From NCBI RefSeq assembly GCF_001194135.2, contig NC_068983.1:162472103-162536102 (forward strand): a DNA stretch of 64,000 bases, read 5' to 3'. This DNA is from Octopus bimaculoides. Lineage: Eukaryota. The translations under genes and the position numbers were made by a program. Below, piece after piece: positions 54,478-61,809 of this stretch; the stretch's first letter is position 1; each line of letters opens with the position of its first letter. Below the pieces are notes generated by a model. It searched no databases. It saw only the letters and a list, made by a program, of their open reading frames with translations, and was not told the origin of the DNA.

Positions 54478-54519
<42 letters not shown>

Positions 54520-57500
54520 AGGGTGGTGAAACTGTTGAGTTGGTTGCTGGAGGTGCTGATATAGAAGTCAACGCTCAGAATGTTCATGATTATGTTAGAA
54601 GATATGCTGAATATCGTATGGTTAAAGTTGCTGAGAAAGCATTAAAGGTATTTCATTTAACTGTTTGGCATTCAGATTTCTCCGCCAAATGTAATGCTTA
54701 TTTATTCACATTGTTTTGGAATTAATCATACGGTACCTTCTAGCTTTGAGATTTCAACAATGTAATTATTTCTTTTAGGCTCCTGTGCGGGTGGCACATA
54801 AAATACACCATTTGAGCATGGCCGTTGCCAGTACCGCCAGGATGGACCTCATGCCGGTGGCATGCAAAAGCACCCACTACACTCACGGAGTGGTTGGCAT
54901 TAGGAAGGGCATCCAGCTGTAGAAACTCTGCCAGATCAGATTGGTGCCTGGTGTAGCCAACTGGTTTCACCAGTCCTCAGTCAAATTGTCCAACCCATGC
55001 TAGCATGGAAAGCGGACGTTAAACGATGATGATGATGATGTAATTATTTATTTTTAGAATGATGTTGTAAAGTAGGTCTGAGAGTCCTGATCTGCTCAGT
55101 TTGAATATAAAACAGGTGGAATATTTGGGCTGGATATGGCTGGAGTTGAATACTAAAGGGTTAAACATCATCGTCGTTGATTAACATCCACTTTCCATGC
55201 TGGCATGGGTTGGACGGTTTGACTGAGGACTGGCAAGCCAGAAGGCTGCACCAGGCTCCAATCTGACCTGGCAAAGTTTCTACAGCTGGATGCCCTTCCT
55301 AACGCCAACTACTCCAAGAGTGTAGTGGGTGCTTTTACGTGCCACTGGCATGAGGGCCAGTCAGGCGACACTGGCATCAACTACACTTGAATGGTGCTTT
55401 TTATGTGCCACCGGCACGGGAGCCAGTCACTATTAAGTAAAACATTCTTTTAAGATATTTTAAGCCTCAATGATCAAATATTTAAGGCATTCACAACTAA
55501 ACATTTCCTGGGGGTTGTTTTAAGAATAATTGTAATTGCTTGAAGTCATCAAAGTATGGCCATACTTTATCAGTTTTTAACGAATAAACAATGTGGATTA
55601 ACATGCGTCTCATTTAAGAAGAAAGACAAATTAAAATTGCATTGTTTTATAAAAATGTGTCAAAAGTTACCAATAATTGTCAAATACTTTGGTTCATTCA
55701 ATATAAGAAATGGTCATCTGATCAATGAAGATAGAACTGAAATAAAACAAAGTTTAACAAAGATACATTCATTAATTAATCCAAATTATTGAAGATGATG
55801 CGAGAGTCTGAGCTTTAAGCTGGAATAAATCTTGGCTTATTTGAATAATTTTATTATTGTTATGGAATATAATTCCATGTGTAATTATAAATGAAAATTG
55901 AAATCTTTTTTTTTTTTTTTTTTTTTTCTTTGTAGCATTTAAAATTGGGTGTATTTGATGTAATTCCTGCCAACTCATTGGATGGCTTAACTGCTGAAGA
56001 CTTCAGGTTGTTATTAAATGGAGTAGGAGATATCAATGTACAAACCCTGATTAGCTACACCTCCTTTAATGATGAAAGTGGTAAAGTTTACTTCCTTCAA
56101 ATATTTCCTTTTCCTCTTACCATTTTTGCCAGTCTTTATTGGTCTATTAGCCTTGAGTTCATGAGTCATGTTTAAATAAACCGGGAACCAATGTTTTCCA
56201 TGATTCCATACCAAAGACACCTCTTTAGATGTATTTTATTGGTGGGGGAAGTCTCTCTTTTAGTACAATGTTAAGTCACTTGCAAGTGAAACCTTTTTGT
56301 TTTATTCGACGTCATCATTTAACGTCTGTTGTCCATGGTTGGGCGGTTTGACTAGAGCTGGTAAGCTGAGAGGCTGCACCTGACTCCAGTCTGCTTTGGC
56401 ATGGTTTCTACAGCTGGATGGCCTTCCTAATGCCAACCACTCCAAGAGTGTAATGGGTGCTCTTACATGCCACCGGCACGGATGCCAGTTATGTGATACT
56501 CACATTGGTCACATTGCCTCCATCACTACATTGAAGATAGATGTACAATATCTGGGTAGTGTAGGGAATGACTGACCAGTATGAATAAACATCTTGTGCC
56601 ATTTGTAATGATGTGTAATTTAATTGGCAATGGAAAAAATGTTTGTGGTTAAGTATTGTAGAAAGGATTATTTTGTATATTGATCATCCTTTCATAAAGT
56701 AAGGTGATGTTTGGAATGAAGTAATATAGTAGGAACGTACTGATTTAAAAGAAATATTTGATATATTCACACACGCTACCCTAGTGATTTAACAGAATCA
56801 ATCTTTTACCTAAAGCAGTAAATTGAAATTTCACATAATTTTAAAATTTGAATAAGTTTGAAAATAAAGTTATTAAATCACAATTTAGGTTAGTTAAAAT
56901 ATGTTTGTCACATATTTCAACTGCTAAAGGCAAATACACTGCAGTTACCGTGGAGAAAAAAAGTCTCTCTTAAGGTAAAAAGGTGTGGAAACATCTGTTT
57001 CAGTGTCGCCCTCTCTCGGGAATCTGATGAAAATTTCTGCAGAATTTTTCCTTTAGCAGTTGGAAAATGTGACAAACATATTTCAACTCACCTAAGTTGT
57101 AATAATATGTAAACACTGCTTAGCGCATTTACTCCGATAAAGTTATTAAAATTTAAATATCAAGTTTATCATTATTTTATAATTAGGAATATTCTGATTC
57201 TCATTAGAATCCCTTCATTGGAGGAAAATATTTAGATTCAGTACAAATGTTAGAGAATGAAGCGATGGAGGGAGAAAAATAGTCTGTGAACATTGTACAG
57301 TGGAAAATAAGTTTACCTGATGGGGGAACATGTTGTTAGTGAAATAGTTACAGGATTTAAGTTGATATTTAGACACTTTTGATAACAGTTCATGATGATT
57401 GTGATGGTAGGGGACTTTCATAAGAACTTTTCCAAAGATTGTCTTCATCCTTTCATTACCATAACCGCATATCTTAGCGTTTGTAAATGTCTTTTTTGTT

Positions 57501-59194
57501 TTATGATAACCTGTTAAGTATTTTCTCACTTGTTTCCTGTCTTTATTTTTCTACACAGGTGAAAGTAGTGAAAAAGTGCAACGTTTTAAACGATGGTTTT
57601 GGTCTGTTGTTGAAAAAATGAATAACCATGAGAGACAAGATTTAGTAAGTCATATTTCTCATCCTAGCAATTTCCAGACAAAACACGTTTCTATTTTCAG
57701 GATTTCTGTTGTTTTATTGGCTGAAAAACTTGATTTAGTTAGAAGGGTTTTTTTGTCATTTTGCAATTTTATCAATTTCCTCTCGGGACATTTTAAACAC
57801 TTTTGTTACCATATAGGTGCAGGAGTGGCTGTGTGGTAAGTGGCTTGCTTACCAACCATATTGTTCCGGGTTCATTCCGACTGCATGACACCTTGGGCAA
57901 GTGTCTTCTACTATAGCCCCGGGCCGATCAAAGCCTTGTGAGTAGATTTGGTAGACGGAAACTGAAAGAAGCCTGTCGTATATATGTATGTGTCTATGTT
58001 TGTCTCCCCCAACATCGCTTGACAACCGATGCTGGTGTGTTTACGTCCCCGTAACTTAGCGGTTCGGCAAAAGAGACCGATAGTATAAGTACTAGGCATC
58101 CAAAGAATAGGTCCTGGGGTCGATTTGCTCGACTGAATGCGGTGCTCCAGCATGGCCACAGTCAAATGACTGAAACAAGTAAAAGAGAGATATTTATTTA
58201 TTTTGAAATGCTCTTTGTTTCAATTTTTAAAACCTTGAAGAATTTAGTTAAAATAACTTTCTCATTAAGCTTGTTTGGAATGTAAATTAACATGAAATTT
58301 TGATGGAAGATTTTTATTTAGACCATTTTAAAACAAGAAATTTGTATCATAGAACCAAGAATGGTTTGGTATTAAAAGGGCCAAGACTTTACAACTGGTT
58401 TTGTTGGTCAAAATATTGTTTTAGTTATATTTTAGAGTTTAGTTTTCATTTGAATGGATGACAGGAAATAACTATTATTCATAATAATAGTTTATCAATA
58501 CATTTGCAGAGACAACAGCTTGTTGAAAATTCTTTTTCTTGTAAAACAAAAAAGGCTTGGCAAGAGTGCAAGAGCATTTGGCTGTAGAAATATTGCCTTA
58601 AATACTTGTCCAAGCCATGCCAGCAGAGATAAATGAACAAAACCGTTCTGTTGTTAGATTAAATTTCATGTTTCACTTTGTTTTCAAAAACCTTAAATTA
58701 CAGAAATTCTTAGTTTGTTGTCTGATATACAAAATTGCTTCACCAAATGAAACCCCGTTGCCAAAATCTTAACCACTGGACCAGTTTTGTTCCATGAGCT
58801 TTACTCGTAGAGTTCTTGGCTCCTGCAAAACCTTTATTGAAGAGGGTCATTGCTTCTCAATAGTGTTGTCTGGCGGTTGAAAGATTCAGATGTATGAAGC
58901 TTTGTTTTGGTCTTTTTGTAGTTGTAAATTTTATTTTTGACCTGACTAAAAGAGGATATTCTTGTGAAATCTTGTCTTCAGGTGTATTTTTGGACCTCAA
59001 GCCCAGCTTTGCCAGCAAGTGAAGAAGGTTTCCAACCAATGCCCAGTATTACTATCCGACCAGCAGATGATGACCATTTACCTACAGCCAACACCTGTAT
59101 TTCACGGCTTTACATCCCATTGTATTCTACGAAAGCCATTCTTCGCAGCAAAGTGTTATTGGCCATTAAAACAAAAGCTTTTGGTTTTGTTTGA
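1380..59194 (+). CDS. UBR5: E3 ubiquitin-protein ligase UBR5 (EDD/hyperplastic discs), multi-exon, 5' part outside window
   Basis: Spliced by hand; each fully visible exon is AG/GT-bounded and phase-compatible with its visible neighbours. Exons: 1380-1514, 2273-2493, 3400-3522, 4414-4682, 5239-5347, 6891-7170, 7320-7441, 11981-12106, 14665-14776, 15275-15429, 17167-17358, 18596-18680, 19645-19782, 20754-20868, 21801-21943, 23270-23471, 24919-25156, 26007-26098, 28032-28178, 28349-28470, 28583-28712, 30234-30339, 32045-32211, 33579-33759, 34516-34689, 35501-35621, 36418-36552, 37421-37687, 39133-39380, 39859-40093, 41610-43077, 44648-44776, 47085-47301, (gap)48384-48484, 49036-49108, 49271-49758, 50975-51105, 53270-53497, 53637-53663(gap), 54522-54647, 55936-56080, 57559-57644, 58982-59194 (TGA). 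Recognised UBR5 peptides: [12 protein letters not shown]-box, [42 protein letters not shown] domain, C-terminal [12 protein letters not shown]...KTKAFGFV*. Confidence 0.97.
6332..6740. repeat. Long inverted repeat (foldback/MITE-like) with an RTE-tail repeat in its loop
   Basis: Arms 6332-6438 and 6634-6740 (about 107 bp, few mismatches). The loop contains the 3' end of the (GAT)n-tailed repeat at 6475-6633. Confidence 0.8.
7745..7965 (+). mobile_element. Old RTE-like LINE C-terminal remnant
   Basis: [25 protein letters not shown]...[15 protein letters not shown]...[11 protein letters not shown], with a frameshift. Confidence 0.55.
8387..9139 (+). mobile_element. Non-autonomous piggyBac-like element
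   Basis: TTAA on both sides (8383-8386, 9140-9143). TIRs CACGTTGCCTGCCA / revcomp CACATTGACTGCCA. Subterminal hairpins near 9065-9130. Internal acidic remnant [21 protein letters not shown]...STDEDE resembles a piggyBac transposase N-terminus. Confidence 0.65.
8847..8908. repeat. (AT)n/(ATAGAT)n microsatellite; many others in the window
   Basis: Other tracts: (AT)n about 10536-10610, 18097-18123, 33950-33975, 46206-46240; (GT)n 12483-12510, 47475-47502; (CT)n 35650-35706; (CA)n 48627-48653, 48732-48759. Confidence 0.9.
11551..11731. mobile_element. Small foldback element with hammerhead relic
   Basis: Outer inverted repeat 11551-11588 / 11700-11731 (imperfect) and a 13-bp inner pair TGTTGAACTCGGT / ACCGAGTTCAACA. 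Confidence 0.55.
11641..11682 (+). ncRNA. Degenerate hammerhead motif (G12 to A)
   Basis: CAC-CUGAAGA-AAGCCG(GAGCAUACAA)CAGCC-AAAA-UA-UA^GUG: same layout as the 16.4 kb motif, with GAAA mutated at a CpG. Confidence 0.5.
13101..13590 (-). mobile_element. tRNA-like SINE interrupted by an RTE-tail repeat (13191-13476)
   Basis: The two halves rejoin into the family also seen at 22915-23128 (+), 30800-30985 (-) and 31767-31988 (+): AAGGCGGYGAGCTGGCAG...TTCTGAGTTCAAAT...AGTACCAGTTG. Confidence 0.7.
13957..14338 (+). mobile_element. tRNA-derived SINE
   Basis: Box A TGGCCCAGTGG and box B GGTTTCAATTCC followed by a body of about 300 bp. Other tRNA-headed SINEs at about 38572-38900 (+), 43200-43390 (+) and 5905-6110 (-). 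Confidence 0.7.
16124..16518. mobile_element. Foldback retrozyme/Penelope-like non-autonomous element with tRNA-like head
   Basis: Inverted arms 16165-16311 and 16362-16512, each with a hammerhead motif. The spacer has a B-box-like AAGTTCAATTCC and (AAT)n. ACAATTTAT is repeated at both flanks (16124-16132, 16510-16518). Confidence 0.7.
16417..16458 (+). ncRNA. Minimal type I hammerhead motif, intact core with one extra A
   Basis: CAC-CUGAUGA-A-GGCUG(GAGAGUAAAU)CAGCC-GAAA-CG-UU^GUG: 5-bp stem II, palindromic stem III, 3-bp stem I. Confidence 0.72.
19923..20460. mobile_element. hAT (Charlie-type) MITE with a nested RTE-tail repeat
   Basis: Perfect 8-bp TSD GTCTAGAT (19915-19922, 20461-20468). 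TIR CAGTGGTTCCCAACCT / AGGTTGGGAACCGGTG. A minus-strand repeat copy is inserted at about 20016-20335. Confidence 0.85.
21391..21555 (+). mobile_element. Helentron/DINE-like non-autonomous element fragment
   Basis: TTACCTCCGCC...GTTTGTCCGTGG...ATATCTCAAGAACTACTGGAGGGATTCGGATGAAACTTT layout is typical of HINE/DINE-1-like repeats. Confidence 0.45.
26007..28178 (+). CDS. UBR5: UBR5 UBR-box zinc finger exons (26007-26098, 28032-28178)
   Basis: Translation [49 protein letters not shown] has the Cys/His pattern of the UBR box. Confidence 0.95.
26789..27000. mobile_element. Tc1/mariner-type MITE
   Basis: TA on both sides; 31-bp TIRs starting CAGGGTGGCCCAAAAGTAG with 2 mismatches. Confidence 0.85.
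27547..27673. mobile_element. Tc1/mariner-type MITE, 127 bp
   Basis: Perfect 29-bp TIRs CAGGGTGTCCACAAAGTCTGGGTACACGG; TA on the left flank. Confidence 0.85.
30550..30772. mobile_element. TTAA-flanked piggyBac-type MITE
   Basis: Ends TTAATCCTTTAGCATT / AATGCTAAAGGGTTA. Same family at 54657-55164 (interrupted) and 49839-49945 (partial). A sister family with ends TTAACCCTTTTGTTACC lies at 29612-29837, 16022-16912 and 57793-58381. Confidence 0.75.
31265..31744. mobile_element. Compound foldback element with internal hammerhead relic
   Basis: Arms A 31265-31376 and A' 31530-31641 (about 112 bp, few mismatches), plus a perfect 30-bp pair 31502-31531 / 31715-31744. Confidence 0.7.
31382..31418 (-). 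ncRNA. Degenerate hammerhead motif (G12 deleted)
   Basis: CAGG-CUGAUGA-U-GAG(CAAAAA)CUC-AAA-CAUG-UC^CCUG: 4-bp stem I, palindrome ACAUGU, GUC site, but GAAA lacks its G. Confidence 0.55.
33155..33544. mobile_element. Foldback retrozyme/Penelope-like element, second copy of the 16 kb family
   Basis: Inverted arms 33210-33333 and 33420-33544. The minus-strand unit reads tRNA-like head (GGG-CTACTAA-CCC, GAGTTCGATTCC), (AAT)n, hammerhead, tail. Confidence 0.7.
33456..33497 (+). ncRNA. Minimal type I hammerhead motif, same family as 16.4 kb
   Basis: CAC-CUGAUGA-A-GGCAG(GAGGGUAUAU)CAGCC-GAAA-CG-UU^GU. Core intact, one mismatch in stem II, only 2 bp of stem I. Confidence 0.62.
35815..36225 (-). 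pseudogene. Decayed Tc1/mariner DD37D (maT-like) transposase fragment
   Basis: Minus-strand frame [50 protein letters not shown] has 37 residues between the last two Asp; stops and a frameshift are present. Confidence 0.75.
38230..38516 (+). mobile_element. 3' end of a Tc1/mariner element (transposase C-terminal remnant plus TIR)
   Basis: [29 protein letters not shown] resembles [20 protein letters not shown]; ends GGGACTTTTGGGACACCGTG-TA. Confidence 0.7.
40225..40600 (-). mobile_element. RTE-clade LINE 3' fragment
   Basis: Minus strand: [56 protein letters not shown]...RGRLRKT. Confidence 0.8.
44155..44440 (+). mobile_element. Remnant of a restriction-like-endonuclease non-LTR retrotransposon (R2/R4/NeSL group)
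   Basis: [25 protein letters not shown] / VEISCP...[27 protein letters not shown] matches the HNRPDIV...EISCP...EK..Y RLE motif. Confidence 0.65.
44971..45057 (-). ncRNA. Type I hammerhead ribozyme motif (Penelope/retrozyme-like), intact core
   Basis: Minus strand: UCC-CUGAAGA (45051-45045), 12-bp perfect stem II GAAAUAAAUGAG/CUCAUUUAUUUC, GAAA (44986-44983), CGUG, UA^GGA. Stem I is UCC/GGA. Confidence 0.8.
46123..46170. repeat. Perfect 23-bp hairpin palindrome
   Basis: ATGCCTATAATAGGACATCTGAC-GG-GTCAGATGTCCTATTATAGGCAT. Confidence 0.9.
47645..48127 (-). mobile_element. RTE-clade LINE 3' fragment
   Basis: [20 protein letters not shown] and [43 protein letters not shown]; closely related to 40225-40600. 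Confidence 0.85.
49411..49647 (+). repeat. Coding (GGN)n repeat encoding a Gly-rich tract in UBR5
   Basis: 79 in-frame codons, 52 of them Gly, inside exon 49271-49758. Confidence 0.9.
49700..51105 (+). CDS. UBR5: UBR5 MLLE/PABC domain (end of exon 49271-49758 plus exon 50975-51105)
   Basis: [17 protein letters not shown]|[39 protein letters not shown] contains the KITGMLLE signature. Confidence 0.95.
49945..50460 (-). repeat. Longest copy of the dominant RTE-like 3'-UTR/SINE repeat with (GAT)n tail
   Basis: Shared core CACTCTCGGAGTGGTTGGCGTTAGGAAGGGCATCCAGCTGTAG...CCAACCCATGCCAGCATGGAAAGCGGACGTTAAACGATGATGAT. Other copies, approximate: + 3838-4033, 4050-4334, 4943-5112, 6475-6633, 16584-16871, 18205-18488, 22000-22182, 23905-24092, 26262-26625, 32255-32520, 33990-34155, 36635-37142, 46300-46526, 51232-51710, 52090-52556, 54779-55041, 62705-63167, 63545-63724; - 13191-13476, 20016-20335, 43920-44050, 52628-53070, 55166-55430, 56312-56490, 63980-64000. 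Confidence 0.85.
53270..59194 (+). CDS. UBR5: UBR5 HECT catalytic domain exons
   Basis: [15 protein letters not shown]...[49 protein letters not shown]. The catalytic Cys codon is TGT at 59096-59098. Part of the N-lobe is hidden in gap 53664-54478. Confidence 0.95.
53664..54478. other. Assembly gap hiding HECT coding sequence
   Basis: N run. Other gaps: 10567-10576, 21108-21350, 45525-45663, 46555-46759, 48128-48383 (hides the start of an exon), 52135-52529, 59509-59776, 61079-61353. Confidence 0.98.
56897..57083. mobile_element. MITE-like element with about 48-bp imperfect TIRs
   Basis: AAATATGTTTGTCACATATTTCAACTGCTAAAGG...CTGCAG is mirrored at 57037-57083. Confidence 0.65.
57815..58190 (+). 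mobile_element. tRNA-derived CORE-type SINE (octopus OR-like), near full length
   Basis: Box A TGGCTGTGTGG, box B GGTTCATTCC, core CACCTTGGGCAAGTGTCTTC. Related copies at about 24165-24540, 17738-17960, 27045-27315, 14826-14970 and 2790-2960. Inserted into a TTAA MITE. Confidence 0.75.
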
Positions 59195-59378
59195 GCTGAT
59201 AGCATTTTTTCATTGAACAATTTTGTTGTTTATTTTTTTTTTTTTTAATTCCAAACTTGGCAACTGATTACCAGAACCAGCTGGCTGTGACTAACCATGA
59301 AACTTAAAACCAAAAAAAGACAAATGTATTGGTGATCATCGTGTTTAATTACTGGCTACATTGGATGCCTTGGACTTC

Positions 59379-59384
59379 AATAAA
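59379..59384 (+). promoter_or_regulatory. Candidate UBR5 polyadenylation signal AATAAA
   Basis: First AATAAA about 185 nt after the stop codon; another at 59470-59475. Usage is unverified. Confidence 0.4.
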
Positions 59385-61558
59385 AAGCTTTGTTTTAGCT
59401 AAAAAGGTGGGGTACACAAACACAAACCTATCAGCCTTTCTAAATATATATTAAAAAAAAACCAAAACAAATAAAAAAAAATGGTACATTACATTAGTGG
59501 AAGCCATTNNNNNNNNNNNNNNNNNNNNNNNNNNNNNNNNNNNNNNNNNNNNNNNNNNNNNNNNNNNNNNNNNNNNNNNNNNNNNNNNNNNNNNNNNNNN
59601 NNNNNNNNNNNNNNNNNNNNNNNNNNNNNNNNNNNNNNNNNNNNNNNNNNNNNNNNNNNNNNNNNNNNNNNNNNNNNNNNNNNNNNNNNNNNNNNNNNNN
59701 NNNNNNNNNNNNNNNNNNNNNNNNNNNNNNNNNNNNNNNNNNNNNNNNNNNNNNNNNNNNNNNNNNNNNNNNNNNNGTTTCTTTTTCAGTTATAAAAAAA
59801 GAAAGAAAAAAAGAATTCCTTCATATTGACAGCCTTGATTTCCTGTAGAATCTATTCTTAAATATTTCGTTCTATCAAGAATGATGTATTTATGTTTTCG
59901 GGGTCCAAAGAAAAAAAAAAAAAAAAATTATTTTAGTATTTTAATAATCATCACTTGCAATAACTTGCTTGAGGTGTTGCCTGTTTGGCCTTTAGCTTAC
60001 TAATGGATTGGTTGTGCTTTGTTAATTTCCCAGTGTTAATTGTAATTTGTATATAAAAGAATCTCCTTACTACAAGAGAAAATGGATGGCTCTACACAAA
60101 TTCCAACAAAAGTGAATTGGAAGCAAATTTCTTCCTTTAAAACATACTTTTTTGGTATCTGCTAACTTCCCAAATTTTTCTATATTTTAATTATTACTGA
60201 TTTATTTTAATGTGTGTGTGTGTGTGTAATTATATATATACACACATAAGTTATGTTGAAGGACATGCATGATGGTTAACAAGACAAAAAACAGGCATGG
60301 GTTTGCCTATTTCATCATTTAAAAAAAAAATTCAGTTATGATTTTGGTGCTGGAAAATGTTTATCATTTTCCAGGGTCTCCAAACAGAACAAAACCCAGT
60401 CTTAGGACAGGGACAGAAGTGTGGTGTGAAAACAAGAAGGTATTAAAGATGGTGGGGGGTTGGTTTGAGAGAAGGAGGAGGCTAGCATAAAGGGGGGAAT
60501 TAGATTTTTGAAGAAATACAACCTGAACATAGAGAAATATATTTGTATGTGGTTAGTGTAAAAAGCTCATGGAAGTGAGAAGATATAAGATAGAGCAAGT
60601 GCAACAAATACAATAAAAATATACGTAAGAGTAAGAAACAACTCCTTAAACAACAGTGAAAGAAGGTCATTGCACTGACAATGTAAAGGGGAAAAATTGG
60701 ACCTGGATAAAAAAACCCTAGTTTCTCAGCTAAATTTTTAACTTGGGTTATTTAATGGTTTTGACAGTGCAAAAATTTGGTATTGCCCATCTGGAAAGTG
60801 TATGGATATACACACAAGCATTTGAAAAAAAAAAACAAAAAAAAAATCTTGTAAACTGTGAAGCATTATTTAATTTATTTACATTTGATTAATAATGTAA
60901 CACAAGATATGCCTCTTTTATAAATACTTCAAATAATGAACATCTTGTAATTTCTTTTTATGATCTAATGTTAGTTTCTACAGGAACTCCAAATCCTGTC
61001 ACAGGTTCCTCCTATAGCTTTGTTCCCTCCCACTTTTTATATGCAATTCATGTAAATACCTCTTCCTTAAACCTTCCCNNNNNNNNNNNNNNNNNNNNNN
61101 NNNNNNNNNNNNNNNNNNNNNNNNNNNNNNNNNNNNNNNNNNNNNNNNNNNNNNNNNNNNNNNNNNNNNNNNNNNNNNNNNNNNNNNNNNNNNNNNNNNN
61201 NNNNNNNNNNNNNNNNNNNNNNNNNNNNNNNNNNNNNNNNNNNNNNNNNNNNNNNNNNNNNNNNNNNNNNNNNNNNNNNNNNNNNNNNNNNNNNNNNNNN
61301 NNNNNNNNNNNNNNNNNNNNNNNNNNNNNNNNNNNNNNNNNNNNNNNNNNNNNGTGTTTAAAACGACGACAGTTTCCTAGAATAATTTTAATCTTCAGGC
61401 CAGTGCTGCACTCAATGCAGTTTGGCTTTGACACATAATTTATATTTAAGAAAAATTTGTAAAGTATTTTTTGTAGGAGAGTGTTGTAGTTCGCTTGAAG
61501 CATTGTATATTGTTTGTAAAGAATAAAAAGCTTTGAATGATACAACAGTGCACTATAA

Positions 61559-61779
61559 TACAAAAAATGGACTATATACCTGTTGTAATTTAGTTATCCA
61601 TAGTATGAAAATATTTCAGAATAAAATTCCTTCTTCAGATATTCTTAGATGGAGTTGCTGCTATAATCCGTTTTCCAAGCAGTGGCTCTATCTAAGAATA
61701 TCTGAAGGAATTTTATTCCAAAATATTACCAGCCTATGGATGAATAAATTACGACAGGTATATATAGCCCATTGTTGTA
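61559..61779. mobile_element. Foldback element with a hammerhead motif in each arm
   Basis: Inverted arms 61559-61650 and 61690-61779 around a loop of about 40 nt. Confidence 0.7.
61604..61641 (-). ncRNA. Hammerhead motif downstream of the PDCD2L stop, sense to PDCD2L
   Basis: UAU-CUGAAGA-A-GGAAU(UUU)AUUCU-GAAA-UAUUU-UC^AUA. A decayed inverted copy lies at 61702-61727. Confidence 0.6.
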
Positions 61780-61809
61780 CCATTCAAAACTTTATAGTAT
61801 TTTTTTGTG

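Noticed and set aside
53476-54725. Long ORFs of 300-370 aa in the ORF track
   Set aside because: They are runs of N read as X; the same applies to ORFs spanning the other gaps.
57024-57050. CUGAUGA followed by a hairpin
   Set aside because: No GAAA follows; the hairpin is part of the MITE terminal repeat.
61364-61402. Minus-strand CUGAAGA...GAAA-CUG-UC motif
   Set aside because: Stem II is only 3 weak pairs with a U-G closure and stem III is not palindromic; consistent with chance in AT-rich DNA.
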